Part shown: in pieces, positions 1-11,632 of the stretch
Position numbering within the stretch: position 1 is the stretch's first letter
Layout: each line of letters opens with the position of its first letter
NCBI RefSeq assembly: GCF_012295525.1
Contig: NZ_CP051167.1
Location: 5,557,299-5,621,298, forward strand
DNA: 64,000 nt
Reading direction: 5' to 3'
DNA from: Oxynema aestuarii AP17
GTDB lineage: Bacteria > Cyanobacteriota > Cyanobacteriia > Cyanobacteriales > Laspinemataceae
Made by a program: the position numbers and the translations under genes
The notes under the pieces: generated by a model
Seen by the model: the letters and a program-made list of their open reading frames with translations, nothing else
Told to the model about the DNA's origin: nothing
Database searches by the model: none

Positions 1-142
1 GTGTTATCAGTTAAAAACAAGCCGTAATACCTATACCCTGGTTATTTATTCCCTAAAAAGAGATAACACCGAGATTTGGGAAGGGCCGGCCAGAATTACT
101 CGCTTTCAACTGCGCAAATACGACCCTGAAGATCTCGCTAAC

Positions 143-532
143 TTGACGAAAACCCCGGGTTATGTCGATCCAGACAGTAGTAACTTTGCTGATTGGTCTC
201 CGACTGAAGTGATTAATTACAGTGAAGCTGAAAATGCAGATGTTTTAGTGGATCTCGTCGATTACCATCCCGAAGGCGCCGTACCAGATTGTGGCGATTA
301 CATGCTGTCTACACCAACTTTACCGGATAATAATACAAGCTTTTATGCTTGTGTAAAACCCAGAGAAACTGCTACTAATGCGGGGGAATTTGCAGAAGCG
401 ATCGTTTATTTGCGAGGGAATGCTGCCGAACGAGCTGGAAAGAGGGGAAACCGTAATTCTGTGTACTTGCCAAGTCTGCAACGGCGCGTTCAAGCTCGTA
501 GTGTATTTAATCGGACTCCTCCCGGGTTTTGA
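143..532 (+). CDS. hypothetical protein; ORF has no ATG (TTG at 143) and the frame stays open upstream to nt 29
   Basis: 129-aa ORF from the six-frame track. No recognisable motifs. Start codon uncertain. Confidence 0.25.
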   Translation: MTKTPGYVDPDSSNFADWSPTEVINYSEAENADVLVDLVDYHPEGAVPDCGDYMLSTPTLPDNNTSFYACVKPRETATNAGEFAEAIVYLRGNAAERAGKRGNRNSVYLPSLQRRVQARSVFNRTPPGF

Positions 533-583
533 TTGTTGAATAGTGAGGTAAGAGTCTCAAAATATTTTAGGAGTGGGAAGTTT

Positions 584-1123
584 ATGAAAGCTGGAAGTCA
601 TCTAATCCAACAATTCAGCCGCAATCGGGGACAATCTAAAGCTGAAGGGGGCTTCACACTTCTAGAAGTGGTGTTAGTCGCACTCATGATCGGAATTCTT
701 GCTTCGATTGGCATTCCGAGTTGGTTGTCGATGTTAAATAATACCCGGTTGAAGAAAGGGCAAGCGCCGATTGAAGAAGCGATTCGTAATGCGCAACGCG
801 AAGCGTTACGATCCAAGTCGGGATGGATGGCGAGCTTTCGTCAGCAGGATGAGGCGATCGAATGGACGGTGCATCGGTCGGGAACCGATCCCGCCAATTG
901 GCAGAAGATCGACGAACCAACGGTCACTCTCGATCCGGACAACACCAATCTCGATGAAGAGGAACCGTGGAGTATTGGCTTTAATGAAAGAGGGGAAGTC
1001 AGCAATGCTCCGGTGCAAATTACCATTACACTGACCAGCAATCCCAATAAAAAACGCTGTGCGATCGTCCAGACCTTGTTAGGGTCGATGAGGCTCGCGC
1101 AAGATGAGGACTGTAACTTATAG
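584..1123 (+). CDS. prepilin-type N-terminal cleavage/methylation domain protein (type IV minor pilin / pseudopilin-like)
   Basis: The internal Met (MKAGSHL) precedes a short basic leader, then G|FTLLEVVLVALMIGILASIGIPSW. This is the classical prepilin peptidase site (G-F-T-L-L-E) followed by a hydrophobic helix. The 533 ORF start is probably too far upstream. Confidence 0.7.
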   Translation: MKAGSHLIQQFSRNRGQSKAEGGFTLLEVVLVALMIGILASIGIPSWLSMLNNTRLKKGQAPIEEAIRNAQREALRSKSGWMASFRQQDEAIEWTVHRSGTDPANWQKIDEPTVTLDPDNTNLDEEEPWSIGFNERGEVSNAPVQITITLTSNPNKKRCAIVQTLLGSMRLAQDEDCNL

Positions 1124-1283
1124 CATTCCAGATAGATTGGGGTGAGTGCGATCGCTGATTGACAAGGGGCTAGATATGAATCCGAAAATGTAAAAATGTA
1201 AAAAAAATTAATAAAAAACCTGCTTTGATAGTGAGATAGTTAACCCATATCAGTTCAACTCTTACAAACGAGGGTTTTGTGAT

Positions 1284-1811
1284 ATGGTTACCCAGGAGTG
1301 CAGCACACCACGACTTGTCCGATCGCCTGCCCCCGGCTTTACCCTGTTAGAGACTTTACTGGCCACGCTAATGATAGCAATCTTAGCCGCGATTGCTATT
1401 CCAAGTTGGTTTGGGTTGACGAACCGAAGCCGCCTCAATAAAGCCCAAGATCGGGTATATATGGCGATCCGGGAAGCACAACGACAAGCCAAGCAAAACA
1501 AAACAATTTATCAAGCCAGCTTTAGAAACCACAACAACACCGCTCAATGGGCAATTCATCCCGCTACGCGAACCCCTGAGTCAGGCGAGTGGCAGACAAT
1601 CGACCGAGAAATAAAAATTCAAGAAGATGGAAGCACCTTTTACCAACATCCCGCCACCGAAGCTTGGCGGGTTCAGTTTAACGATAAAGGTCATACAAAT
1701 GGACGCATGGGGCGCGTGATCGTGTCCCTACAAAACGGAGGTGACAACAACCGATGCGTTGTTGTTTCCACCCTACTTGGTGCCCTTCGCAAGCCTGCTG
1801 AGAGTTGTTAA
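1284..1811 (+). CDS. prepilin-type N-terminal cleavage/methylation domain protein (second minor-pilin-like paralog)
   Basis: Leader then GFTLLETLLATLMIAILAAIAIPSWF. Same architecture as the upstream gene. Co-directional with it. Confidence 0.7.
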   Translation: MVTQECSTPRLVRSPAPGFTLLETLLATLMIAILAAIAIPSWFGLTNRSRLNKAQDRVYMAIREAQRQAKQNKTIYQASFRNHNNTAQWAIHPATRTPESGEWQTIDREIKIQEDGSTFYQHPATEAWRVQFNDKGHTNGRMGRVIVSLQNGGDNNRCVVVSTLLGALRKPAESC

Positions 1812-1959
1812 TTGCGACCTCAATTGACCCAAAAGCAGGAAAGGCAACTCTAAAATCCAGTTCGAGAGTTAGCTTTGAGATCCCTCGGTTTCAATAAGTT
1901 TCCTGTAAATACTATAAGGACAGGTCACTCAGAAACCGGGGGATTTATTCAAACTCGAC

Positions 1960-4278
1960 TTACTCTCTCTTCGCCGACGGTAACGACTTGGGGGCGGCTT
2001 CCGTCTTCTCCTTATCCAACTTGAACACCAACACCGCCAACGGGGGCAAGCAGAGATCTAACGAATAGGGACGACCGTGGAACCACCATTCATCGGCCCA
2101 TTTACCGCCGAGATTGCCCATATTGCTGCCGCCATATTTACCGGAATCGCTGTTAAACAACTCCGTATAAAAACCGTGAACGGGAACGCCGACACGATAG
2201 TGACTGTGCGGTTGCGGAGTGAAATTACAGACCACCACGACGAACTCGTCGGATAACTTATCCCGACGCAGGAACGAAACGACACTGTGACGGTTGTCGG
2301 AACAGTCAATCCACTCAAATCCCGGCTCTTCAAAGTCCTGGGTGTATAACGAGGGTTCGCTCTTGTAAAGCTGGTTGAGATCCCCCATGAACTGCTTGAG
2401 CTGGGCGTGGGGTTCGTATTGCAACAAATGCCATTCTAAGTCTGCCCAGACGTTCCACTCGCTCCACTGGGCGAATTCCATGCTCATAAACAAGGTTTTC
2501 TTGCCGGGGTGGGCGAACATGTAGGTAAACAAGCAGCGCACGTTGGCGAACTTCTGCCAGCGATCGCCCGGCATTTTGCCGATGATATTGCTCTTGCCGT
2601 GTACCACTTCATCGTGAGACAGCGCTAGCATGAAATTCTCACTATGGTGATACCACATGCTAAACGTAATATTATTTTGATGGAACTGGCGGAACCACGG
2701 ATCCATGCTGAAATAATCGAGCATGTCGTGCATCCACCCCATATTCCACTTGAGGTTAAAGCCCAAACCCCCCACGTAGGTCGGCCAGGACACCATCGGC
2801 CACGAGGTCGATTCTTCGGCGATCGAAAGCACCCCCGGGAAGTAAGAGAATAACAGGTGATTCACTTGCCGCAGAAAATCTGCCGCTTCGATATTCTCCC
2901 GTCCGCCGTAATCGTTGGTCACCCACTCGCCTTCCTTGCGGCAGTAGTCCAAATACAACATCGAGGCGACCGCATCCACGCGCATCCCGTCGATATGATA
3001 TTTGTCGAACCAAAACAGGGCATTCGCCACTAAGAAATTACGAACTTCGTGGCGGTTGTAGTTAAAGACCAACGTTCCCCATTCTTTATGCTCGCCTTTA
3101 CGGGGGTCGGAATGCTCGTAAAGGTGGGTGCCGTCAAAAAAGGCGAGTCCGTGTCCGTCTTTGGGGAAATGTCCGGGTACCCAGTCCACGATTACGCCGA
3201 TCCCGTTTTGGTGGCACTGGTCTACAAAGTACATGAAGTCTTCCGGGGTGCCGAAACGGGAGGTGGGGGCGTAGTATCCGGTGACTTGATACCCCCAGGA
3301 GCCGTCAAACGGGTGTTCGGCGATCGGCAATAATTCGATATGGGTAAACCCCAAGTCTTTGACGTAGGGAATTAATTTTTCGGCGAGTTCCCGGTAGGTG
3401 AGGAAACGCGCCTCGGATTTGAGTTCGGAAACGACGACGACGGGTTCGGTTTCGCCGTTGGGCAATTGGGCGGGTTCGGAGGCGGCGGCGTGCAGCCAGG
3501 AGCCTAAATGACATTCGTAGACAGAAATCGGCTGGCTGAGAGCTTCGGTGTTGCGTCGCCGTTCCATCCACTCCTCATCGTTCCAGGTGTAATCGTCGAG
3601 GTTGGTGACAATGGAGGCGGTTTTGGGGCGGACTTCGGACTGGAAGCCGTAGGGGTCACTTTTTTCGTAGATGTGGCCGTCTTGGTTTTTAACTTCGTAT
3701 TTGTAGTGTTCGCCGACGTCTAAATCGGGGATAAATAATTCCCAAACGCCATTACCGCGCTTGGCCATTTGGTGTTTGCGACCGTCCCAGTAGTTGAAAT
3801 CGCCGAGGATGGAGACGTTGCGGGCGTTGGGCGCCCAGACGGCGAAGTAGACTCCTTTGACGCCGTTGACCTCCATGAAGTGGGCGCCGAGTTTTTCGTA
3901 GATGCGGTGGTGGTTGCCTTCTGCGAACAGGTGAATGTCAAGGTCTGTTAACTTGGGGGAACGAAAGGCGTAGGGATCGTAAATCACCCGTTCGCGATCG
4001 CCTTCTTCGATCCGAAACTGGTAATTGGCCAGTTCTTTGGTTTCAATAATGCATTCAAAGAAGTTAGGATGATGCACCGACTGCATCGGGATTTCTTTGC
4101 GTTCTTGCGGAACGAGAGCCCAAACCGCTTTGGCAGTCGGTTGGTAGGTTCTGACGACCCATTTAGTGCTATTGCCATTTTCCCCGTCTAGGGGATGTGC
4201 GCCGAGAATTTCAAACGGATCCTGATGCTGGTTGGCAACAATGCGTTCTACTTGCTCTGGGGCGATGCTTGCTGTCAT
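1960..4278 (-). CDS. glgB: 1,4-alpha-glucan branching enzyme
   Basis: 772 aa. N-terminal CBM48-like region. GH13 catalytic core motifs ([44 protein letters not shown]). Length and order are typical of GlgB. Confidence 0.95.
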   Translation of the reverse strand: MTASIAPEQVERIVANQHQDPFEILGAHPLDGENGNSTKWVVRTYQPTAKAVWALVPQERKEIPMQSVHHPNFFECIIETKELANYQFRIEEGDRERVIYDPYAFRSPKLTDLDIHLFAEGNHHRIYEKLGAHFMEVNGVKGVYFAVWAPNARNVSILGDFNYWDGRKHQMAKRGNGVWELFIPDLDVGEHYKYEVKNQDGHIYEKSDPYGFQSEVRPKTASIVTNLDDYTWNDEEWMERRRNTEALSQPISVYECHLGSWLHAAASEPAQLPNGETEPVVVVSELKSEARFLTYRELAEKLIPYVKDLGFTHIELLPIAEHPFDGSWGYQVTGYYAPTSRFGTPEDFMYFVDQCHQNGIGVIVDWVPGHFPKDGHGLAFFDGTHLYEHSDPRKGEHKEWGTLVFNYNRHEVRNFLVANALFWFDKYHIDGMRVDAVASMLYLDYCRKEGEWVTNDYGGRENIEAADFLRQVNHLLFSYFPGVLSIAEESTSWPMVSWPTYVGGLGFNLKWNMGWMHDMLDYFSMDPWFRQFHQNNITFSMWYHHSENFMLALSHDEVVHGKSNIIGKMPGDRWQKFANVRCLFTYMFAHPGKKTLFMSMEFAQWSEWNVWADLEWHLLQYEPHAQLKQFMGDLNQLYKSEPSLYTQDFEEPGFEWIDCSDNRHSVVSFLRRDKLSDEFVVVVCNFTPQPHSHYRVGVPVHGFYTELFNSDSGKYGGSNMGNLGGKWADEWWFHGRPYSLDLCLPPLAVLVFKLDKEKTEAAPKSLPSAKRE

Positions 4279-5200
4279 GAAATTACCTACCTAATTTATG
4301 CGGCTGTTGAAGATCTTTAAAAGTACAACTCTCGTTATGTTGTTTTTCTCATCCCCATTGTAGGGCTTGACCCTTCCCGAAAACTGGGGAATCGACAAGT
4401 CTGGGGGGTCTGTGGATCCCGATGTTCATCCCAGGGAATAGAATGCGGGATTTTATAAAAATACACCACAAGTATTAAGTATTGTAAATAGCTCAAAAGG
4501 CGATCGCCCTCTCGATGGATTCGCGGGTGGGGGTTGCCCGATGCTTGGGTAATAGTGGGGAGCGAGTCGAGTCTGGAGGGATTTCAGAAGGGAAAAATCG
4601 ATCGCAGGATCTCGCGCACGGGCAATTGTTCGACAATGGGTTCGGGAGCGATCGCGTCCGGCGGTTCGGCGATGGTCGTTCGGGGGCGCGATCGCCCAAA
4701 TCTGGCCGTTTGCACGGGGTTTTCCACAGTAGCATACTCGCTCGGCGTCAGGGGGCGCCCGTCTACGGGCGATCGCGCTTCGGTGATAATTTCCGTGCGT
4801 AAAATTTCTTCGGGTAAGTCTTCCGGAGGGGGCAAAGCGCTAGCCGGATCGGCGATCGCGGCGATCGAAACAGCCGAAGCGATCGCCGCGATCGCTCCGA
4901 AAACCCCGTTTTTTGACCCGTGGCGCTGTTCCATCCCTTGCCATGCCTCAAACCCGACCGAGGACAATCAACCGCACCTCAACGCTGGTCAGTGCACTTG
5001 CGCCCCTGTTGCCATTGTAACGAATGCACTCGGCTAATCCCTCCAATCAGGGCGATCGACCCCGAAAACCAACCCCCAGAGGGGAAACCTCGGAGGGTTC
5101 CTCTACCGGGGGAAAGTCAAAGAGAACGGACAATTGTGAGAGGGAGAAAGAGATCGAGCTAGACGATCTCCTTACCCTCTCCGATAGGACGGTCTCGCTT

Positions 5201-5536
5201 TTACTGAGCGCCTTCAGCCGGGGGTTCGGCAGCCTCCGGAGTCGTCTCAGCCGGAGTTTCCATCGCTTCAGGAGCCCCCTCAGCCGGAGTTTCCATCGCT
5301 TCAGGAGTCCCTTCAGCCGGAGTTTCCATTGCTTCAGGAGTGGTTTCCGTCGCTGGAGCGTCAGTCGCTCCCGGAGTAGTTTCCGTCGGAGCGTCAGTCG
5401 CTTCAGGAGTGGTTTCCGTCGGAGCGCCAGTCTCTGCCGGAGGAGAGTCCGTACCCGTGTCCGTGGGGGTGCTGCAAGCCGATAACACGGTGGCTAAAGT
5501 TAACACGGCAGCCAAACTCAAGAATTTCTTCGTCAT
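5201..5536 (-). CDS. small repetitive Pro/Glu/Thr/Ala-rich lipoprotein
   Basis: Signal peptide with lipobox (LSAC|S). The mature part is near-perfect repeats TPEATDAPTETTP / EAMETPAEG(T/A)P. These are visible as ~27-30-bp tandem DNA repeats at 5230-5450. Confidence 0.55.
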   Translation of the reverse strand: MTKKFLSLAAVLTLATVLSACSTPTDTGTDSPPAETGAPTETTPEATDAPTETTPGATDAPATETTPEAMETPAEGTPEAMETPAEGAPEAMETPAETTPEAAEPPAEGAQ

Positions 5537-5902
5537 TTTCCCTCGCTTCTACTAAATTAGGTCTAAGTTGTCAACGTGCTGAATGAATAGAATAAAGCAT
5601 TCATCCAAAAATTTCACGCTATCTTAATCCGACTTAGGTTGTATGACAACCCTAACCGGGAAAAATTGACTCAAATAGTTGCTATAAGCCAAACTAGGGA
5701 TTAAAATTCTTTTCCCCAAAAATAAGCGGGATAGGCATTTGGCAGAGTGAAACAACAGGGGGGAACAAAAAAGCCCTCCAGGCGATCGACCGAATGACCT
5801 GCAAACCCTACGAACCCTCAACTCGGGTTGACCTGTTTAAACTCCGTTGGCGCTCCTGTAGGGGGAGCGGACGGGTCGAGTAGATCGGTGTGGCCCAGGG
5901 GC

Positions 5903-5936
5903 GGCGATTCTGCTTTGCAGACGCTTCGCGAACGCC
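5903..5936. repeat. 34-bp element ggcgattctgctttgcagacgcttcgcgaacgcc (copy 1)
   Basis: A perfect reverse-complement copy lies at 8786-8819. A short direct match (g)tagatcgg lies ~20 bp upstream of both copies. Confidence 0.6.
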
Positions 5937-6122
5937 ATTGAAGGCTTTGTCAACAGGCGCAGGGAGCAGGTTCAGTGCCGCGCGGCGGTGGGGCGATCGC
6001 CACGAAACCGCCGAATCGCTGAGGATTGCGACCCCATACCGATATCCCGGTAGCCCGGTGTTAGGATGGAGGCGAGCGCTTTTTACTGACAATTTAGCCA
6101 ATAAAAATCGCTTTATATTTTC

Positions 6123-6659
6123 TTGGGAATTGAGGCGCGATCGCCCCTGGAAATTCCCTATAAGTTGACCTATTTACGATTGGTAAGCATTATGACTGTT
6201 GCGCTGAGATCTCCTCATTCTCCCGAGAAAGTTCGCCCTCGCCAGGATATCCCTCGCCGTGGAAATAAAGTCACCTCTCTGGCGAAGCACCAACGAACGC
6301 CCACCTGGTTGAAAACCCTCTTCCAAGTGCATTCCCTTTGTTCGGTAACCACCTTTGTTTTAGCTTTCGTCGCCTTAACCCTTTACGGAAACACCGTTTA
6401 TTCTCAGCAGCAGTGGGGTCAACAATACCGAGAACTTGAAAAATTAAGACATCAAGAACGGCAACTGATGGCCGCTCGCGAAGCGCTCAAAAATCAAATC
6501 GCGCGACAAGCCGAAGATCCCTCAAGTGGCTTAGTCCCGCCGAGCGCCGAGTTAACCTTAGTACTCGAACCCACCCCGAAACGGGACGCCCTCGCGCCGC
6601 AACCGACCGAAGCGGACGCGCAACGCGAACCGACCTCCTCGAAACCCGTCGGCTACTGA
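6123..6659 (+). CDS. FtsL-like / septum-formation-initiator-like bitopic protein (putative)
   Basis: Single transmembrane helix (CSVTTFVLAFVALTLYG) followed by a coiled-coil (QQYRELEKLRHQERQLMAAREALKNQIARQ). Sits immediately upstream of the ftsI-type PBP gene, as in division/cell-wall (dcw) clusters. A likely alternative start is at 6192. Confidence 0.4.
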   Translation: MGIEARSPLEIPYKLTYLRLVSIMTVALRSPHSPEKVRPRQDIPRRGNKVTSLAKHQRTPTWLKTLFQVHSLCSVTTFVLAFVALTLYGNTVYSQQQWGQQYRELEKLRHQERQLMAAREALKNQIARQAEDPSSGLVPPSAELTLVLEPTPKRDALAPQPTEADAQREPTSSKPVGY

Positions 6660-6739
6660 GACGAGCTTGTTTTATACTTTTGGGGACTGCTGTTGAGTTC
6701 CCGATTTTCCAGTTCAGGCCGTTTCATCTCGATCGCGCA

Positions 6740-8728
6740 ATGGCATCTCGCATTCCCGACCATCCCACTCGCTTCAAACGTGCTTCACGGGAGCGTTCCG
6801 CTCGTACCTCCCGACGACGAGACCCGCGATCGCCGCGACGCCGCCAACGAGTGCAAGTCCGACGGGCGACCGCCTCCAAGCCAGCGAAGCGTAACGGCTT
6901 CAGTCATTTACTTCGCACGGCGATCGCCGCCCTCGCCGTGTCTCCCTCGACCCCCAGCCGAGCTCCCGTCCCATCCTCCCAACGGGGGGGGCGACCGCCC
7001 TTAAGTCGTTCCGCCATCTGGGATCGCCCCAGAGTTCGCTTATCCCTCGTTTGGGGCATGTTGCTCCTGAGCAGTGTCGGACTGCTCGCCAACCTATATC
7101 GCCTCCAAGTTATTTCCGGCGGCAACTTGCGCCAACAAGCTCGACAGCAGCAAAATATTAGCCTCAAACCCTTCGTCCCCCGACGCCCGATCGTCGATCG
7201 CGCCGGGAACGTCCTCGCCATCGATCGCCCGGTCTACAAACTCTACGCCCACCCCAAACTCTTTACCGAATCCGTCGAAACCATCGCCCGATCCCTCTCC
7301 CCGATTCTCGAACGCCCCTTTGCCGAAATTTGGGAACTCCTCGATCGCGGAGAAAGCGGTCTGGTCGTCGCCACCTCAATTAGCGAAGACGCCGCCGACC
7401 GGATCCGCCAACTCTACCTCGACGGACTCGAACTCGAAGAACGACAGCAGCGCTTGTATCCTTACGACCAACTCGCCGCCGATATCGTCGGCTACGTCAA
7501 CGACGAACGCACGGGTCAAGCGGGGATCGAATACAGCCGTCAAGAATCCCTCGTCCCGGCGCCGCCGCTCGTCGAAAGCGATCGCAGCCTCGGCGGCGCC
7601 TTGATCCCCGATCCGGTACCGGGAGACTTTTACCGTTTTGACGACTTGCGCCTCCAATTGACCGTAGACTTGCGATTGCAACGAGCCGCTCACCAGGCGT
7701 TGGCCGCTCAAATCAAGCAGTGGGAAGCCAAACGGGGAACCGTCATCGTCATGGATGCCCGCGACGGCGCCATTCTCGCCCTCGCCAACCAACCGACCTA
7801 CAACCCCAACCAGTTTTACGAATTCGACCTGGAACTGTTTAAAAATTGGGCTCTGACCGACCTTTACGAACCCGGTTCGACCTTCAAACCGATCGCCGTC
7901 GCCATCGCCCTCCAAGCCGGGGCGATCGAACCCGACAGCACCTTTTACGACGAAGGGCGGATCTACGTCGATAGCTGGCCGATTTCTAACTACGATTATT
8001 CCTACGCCGGAGCGCGCGGAACCGTCAACGTGCGCGAAATCTTGCGCCATTCCAGTAATGTCGGCATGGTTCGCGTCGTCGAACAAATGGAATTGCGCGT
8101 CTTCTACAGTTGGCTCCAACGTCTGGGAATTGGCGACGTCACTCATGCGGATTTGCCCTTTGAAGTCGCCAGCCAACTGCGATCGCGTCAGGAATTTGTC
8201 GCCTCCCCGGTTCACGCCGCTACCGCCTCCTTCGGTCAGGGATTTTCCCTGACCCCATTGCAATTGACCCAAATTCACGGGGCGCTAGCCAATGGCGGAC
8301 GCCTGGTGACGCCTCACGTCGTCAAAGGCTTGTATAATGCCGACGGTCGGCTCTATTGGCAACCGCAACGACCCCGCAGCCGCCAGGTCTTTTCCCCGGA
8401 AACGACCCACGCGGTGGTCAGCATGATGGAAGATGTGGTCGCCGAGGGAACGGGGAAAAATGCTCAAATTTCCGGTTATCGCATTGCGGGCAAAACCGGA
8501 ACCTCCCAGAAAGCCACGGCGACGGGAGGTTACTCCGATTACGCCAAAATTGCGAGCTTCGTTGGCATCGTCCCCGCCGACAATCCCCGTTACGTCGTTT
8601 TGGCCGCGATTGACGAACCCAAAGGCGGCAGTGGGGGTATGACTGCCGCTCCCGTGGTCAAGTCCACGATCGAAGCCCTGATTCAGGTGGAAGGTATCCC
8701 GCCGAGTGAGGCGATCGCCCCAGAATAG
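6740..8728 (+). CDS. ftsI: peptidoglycan D,D-transpeptidase (class B penicillin-binding protein, FtsI-like)
   Basis: SXXK (GSTFKP), SXN (HSSNVG) and KTGT (AGKTGTSQ) motifs. N-terminal basic cytoplasmic tail then a transmembrane helix ([14 protein letters not shown]). Start chosen at the ATG at 6740 (MASRIP). The track ORF starts at 6680. Confidence 0.85.
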   Translation: MASRIPDHPTRFKRASRERSARTSRRRDPRSPRRRQRVQVRRATASKPAKRNGFSHLLRTAIAALAVSPSTPSRAPVPSSQRGGRPPLSRSAIWDRPRVRLSLVWGMLLLSSVGLLANLYRLQVISGGNLRQQARQQQNISLKPFVPRRPIVDRAGNVLAIDRPVYKLYAHPKLFTESVETIARSLSPILERPFAEIWELLDRGESGLVVATSISEDAADRIRQLYLDGLELEERQQRLYPYDQLAADIVGYVNDERTGQAGIEYSRQESLVPAPPLVESDRSLGGALIPDPVPGDFYRFDDLRLQLTVDLRLQRAAHQALAAQIKQWEAKRGTVIVMDARDGAILALANQPTYNPNQFYEFDLELFKNWALTDLYEPGSTFKPIAVAIALQAGAIEPDSTFYDEGRIYVDSWPISNYDYSYAGARGTVNVREILRHSSNVGMVRVVEQMELRVFYSWLQRLGIGDVTHADLPFEVASQLRSRQEFVASPVHAATASFGQGFSLTPLQLTQIHGALANGGRLVTPHVVKGLYNADGRLYWQPQRPRSRQVFSPETTHAVVSMMEDVVAEGTGKNAQISGYRIAGKTGTSQKATATGGYSDYAKIASFVGIVPADNPRYVVLAAIDEPKGGSGGMTAAPVVKSTIEALIQVEGIPPSEAIAPE

Positions 8729-8785
8729 GGATCGCTACCCCCGCGATCGAACTCGTGTAGATCGGATTTATATATTGTATTGTTC

Positions 8786-8819
8786 GGCGTTCGCGAAGCG
8801 TCTGCAAAGCAGAATCGCC
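8786..8819. repeat. 34-bp element, inverted copy 2 of 5903-5936
   Basis: Exact reverse complement of 5903-5936. Located just 3' of ftsI. Confidence 0.6.
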
Positions 8820-9011
8820 GTCACCTCGACCACGATCCCATCGAAGACAAACCGCGCGCCGGGAAAACCTGTGAGTGAAGAGCCGAATTTCCACGCGATC
8901 GCCCCACTCAAGCCCTCAATCCCCTCAGTGATAACCCTTGGGGGGTTAAAATTTGGGTACCCTGATAAACTTCAATCACTACAGGGAAATTGTTTTGAGA
9001 CGTATTTATTT

Positions 9012-10598
9012 ATGGATGCTGCTGCACACTGGCAACGCTATCAGGACTGGCTATATTACCACGAAGGTCTAGAACTTTACCTCGATATCAGTCGCATGGG
9101 CTTTGACGATGCCTTCGTCAGCCAAATGCAACCGAAATTCGAGAAAGCCTTCGCCGACATGGAAGCCCTAGAAAACGGGGCGATCGCCAATCCCGACGAA
9201 AACCGGATGGTCGGTCACTACTGGCTTCGCAACCCCGAGATCGCGCCTCGGGACGAACTCAAGCAAGAAATCCTCGAAAATATAGAGCGGATCGAAAACT
9301 TCGCTCGCAAAATTCACGGCGGGGAAATTCATCCCCCTAAAGCCTCCAAATTTACCGACGTTCTCTCGATTGGCATTGGCGGGTCTGCCCTCGGGCCGCA
9401 ATTCGTCTCGGAAGCCCTCTCGCCGGACTTCCCGCCGATGAACCTGCACTTCATCGACAATACCGATCCGGCGGGGATCGATTCTCTCCTCGCTCGGATT
9501 CGCGACCGCCTCTCGACCACCTTGGTCTTAGTCATTTCCAAATCCGGCGGCACCCCAGATACCCGCAACGGGGCGATCGAAGTTCAAAAAGCATTCGAGG
9601 CAAACGGACTCGACTTTTCCGGTCACGCCGTCGCCATTACGGGTCACGAGAGCGCCTTAGAAAAACAAGCCCTATCGGAAGGCTGGGTCGCCACGTTCCC
9701 GATGCACGATTGGGTCGGCGGACGAACCTCGGAAATGTCTGCCGTCGGCTTAGTTCCCGCCGCCTTACAAGGGATCGACATCCGCGCGTTGCTCGCCGGG
9801 GCGAAAGCCATGGACGAAGCCACCCGTCGGTGGGAGTTAAAAGAGAATCCCGCCGCCTTGTTGGCGCTGTCGTGGTACTACGCCGGAAATGGGCGCGGCG
9901 AGAAAGATATGGTGATTTTGCCGTATAAAGACAGTCTGCTGCTGTTCAGTCGCTACCTCCAGCAATTGGTGATGGAGTCGTTGGGGAAAGAAAAAGACCT
10001 CGACGGCAATACGGTTTATCAAGGGATTGCCGTTTACGGGAATAAGGGATCCACGGACCAACACGCTTACGTGCAGCAATTGCGCGAAGGGGTGCCGAAT
10101 TTCTTCGCAACCTTTATTGAGGTGTTGGAAGAGCGCCGGGGAACGTCCCCGGAAGTCGAGCCGGGAGTAACCACGGGAGATTATTTATTTGGGTTTCTCT
10201 ACGGAACCCGAGAAGCGCTTTACGAGAACCAGCGCGATTCGATTACGGTGACGGTTCCCCAGGTGGACGCTCGGACCGTGGGCGCGTTAATTGCGCTCTA
10301 CGATCGCGCCGTCGGCTTCTATGCCAGTTTGGTGAATATCAACGCCTATCACCAACCGGGGGTAGAAGCGGGTAAAAAGGCGGCGGCGCAAGTGTTGCAG
10401 TTGCAAAAACAAGTGGTGGAGATTCTCCAAAAAAGCGCACAACCCCTGTCTTTAGAGGAGTTGGCGGTGCGTGCGGGGGTCGGCGATCGCGTGGAGATGA
10501 TTTATAAGATCGTGCGCCATCTCGACGCCAACGGACGGGGAGTGAAAATAGAAGGGAATCCGAGAACCCCTTCGAGTTTGCACATTTCCGCCCGTTGA
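9012..10598 (+). CDS. pgi: glucose-6-phosphate isomerase
   Basis: PGI signature-like segments ([11 protein letters not shown]; [16 protein letters not shown]; [15 protein letters not shown]). 528 aa from the ATG at 9012 (MDAAAHW). The track ORF (8706) overlaps the ftsI 3' end, so its N-terminal extension is rejected. Confidence 0.9.
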   Translation: MDAAAHWQRYQDWLYYHEGLELYLDISRMGFDDAFVSQMQPKFEKAFADMEALENGAIANPDENRMVGHYWLRNPEIAPRDELKQEILENIERIENFARKIHGGEIHPPKASKFTDVLSIGIGGSALGPQFVSEALSPDFPPMNLHFIDNTDPAGIDSLLARIRDRLSTTLVLVISKSGGTPDTRNGAIEVQKAFEANGLDFSGHAVAITGHESALEKQALSEGWVATFPMHDWVGGRTSEMSAVGLVPAALQGIDIRALLAGAKAMDEATRRWELKENPAALLALSWYYAGNGRGEKDMVILPYKDSLLLFSRYLQQLVMESLGKEKDLDGNTVYQGIAVYGNKGSTDQHAYVQQLREGVPNFFATFIEVLEERRGTSPEVEPGVTTGDYLFGFLYGTREALYENQRDSITVTVPQVDARTVGALIALYDRAVGFYASLVNINAYHQPGVEAGKKAAAQVLQLQKQVVEILQKSAQPLSLEELAVRAGVGDRVEMIYKIVRHLDANGRGVKIEGNPRTPSSLHISAR

Positions 10599-10813
10599 CG
10601 CCTTTTTCCTTGCCCTCGCCAGACCTTCGATTTGGCGGGGGGTCGCTCCCGGGTTTCGGGAGAAGACGGAGCGCAAGATCGCGCGATCGCGTTGGGAAGG
10701 GAGTGTAGTTCGCTAATCTAGAGAGTATAGATGCTACGATCCCGCCTCAACGTTACTCTTCGATCGGAGGGGAGGGGGGATCTGCATTACACTGGGACGC
10801 TCTCCGTGAAATC

Positions 10814-11599
10814 ATGCTCTTGACAATTTTAGTAGTCGATGACGATCCGGGTACTCGCCTGGCGATCGGCGAATATTTGGAAATGTCTGGCTATATGGCG
10901 ATCGCGGCTGCCAACGGTCGGGAAGCGTTGACGATGGTGGAGCGACATCAACCGCATTTGATGGTGACGGATATCGTGATGCCCCAGATGGACGGTTACG
11001 AGTTAGTGCGGCAAATTCGCAAAAAGCCTGCATTTCGCTTGTTACCCGTGATTTTTCTGACGGCGCGGACCAATACCCAAGAGCGGATCTTGGGCTATCA
11101 ACTCGGCTGCGACGTTTATTTGGCCAAACCGTTTGAATTGGAAGAACTCGGGGCGGTGATTCGCAATCTGCTGGAGCGAGCTTCCTCGATCGCCCAAGCC
11201 ACCTGGAGAGCGCAAGAGACCTTGAGTTCTCCCGTGATCGAGGCGGAGTGGCGGTTTGCTTACAAACCCAGCCCCGAGACCGGGGGAGCGGCGGCGTATT
11301 TGTCCCCAGAAGGGGATCCGCCCTCGGACGGGCGGCGATCGCGCGCCTCGGCGCCGAGTTGGAATCAAGCTCAAGATCGAAACCGTGACGGCGAGGGCGA
11401 GGCTGAAATTGTGTTGAGCGATCGCGAACGGCAGGTGTTGAGTTTGCTGACCGAGGGGTTGTCAAACGCTCAAATCGGCGATCGCCTCCACCTCAGTCCG
11501 CGCACGATCGAAAAATACGTCAGCAGCTTGTTGAGAAAAACGGCGACCAAAAATCGCGCGCAGTTGGTGGGGGTGGCGATCGAACGGGCCTTGCTGTGA
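10814..11599 (+). CDS. two-component response regulator, NarL/FixJ (LuxR-type HTH) family
   Basis: Receiver domain (VVDDDPGTRLAIGEYLE...DIVMPQMDGYEL...LTAR...KPF) and C-terminal LuxR HTH (LSDRERQVLSLLTEGLSNAQIGDRLHLSPRTIEKYVSSLLRKT). Unusually long ~70-aa linker. No adjacent histidine kinase. Confidence 0.85.
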   Translation: MLLTILVVDDDPGTRLAIGEYLEMSGYMAIAAANGREALTMVERHQPHLMVTDIVMPQMDGYELVRQIRKKPAFRLLPVIFLTARTNTQERILGYQLGCDVYLAKPFELEELGAVIRNLLERASSIAQATWRAQETLSSPVIEAEWRFAYKPSPETGGAAAYLSPEGDPPSDGRRSRASAPSWNQAQDRNRDGEGEAEIVLSDRERQVLSLLTEGLSNAQIGDRLHLSPRTIEKYVSSLLRKTATKNRAQLVGVAIERALL

Positions 11600-11632
11600 G
11601 CGAAATTCTCCGTTGGTCGTCCCGCCGCCGGA

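Noticed and set aside
2058-3951. Multiple 60-107-aa ORFs in alternative frames inside glgB (and similarly inside accB 22250-22935 and the HEAT-repeat gene 27045-28556)
   Set aside because: They are embedded in confidently assigned long genes, and their GC-rich sequence generates open alternative frames. Spurious.
4493-5162. Several mutually overlapping 60-170-aa ORFs on both strands between glgB and the lipoprotein gene
   Set aside because: The region is extremely HIP1-dense and GC-rich, so long spurious ORFs arise on both strands. None shows a recognisable motif. Left uncalled; it may be a non-coding or regulatory spacer.
8706-9011. N-terminal 102-aa extension of the pgi ORF that overlaps the 3' end of ftsI
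   Set aside because: It overlaps a confident gene out of frame. The canonical 528-aa PGI starts at the ATG at 9012.
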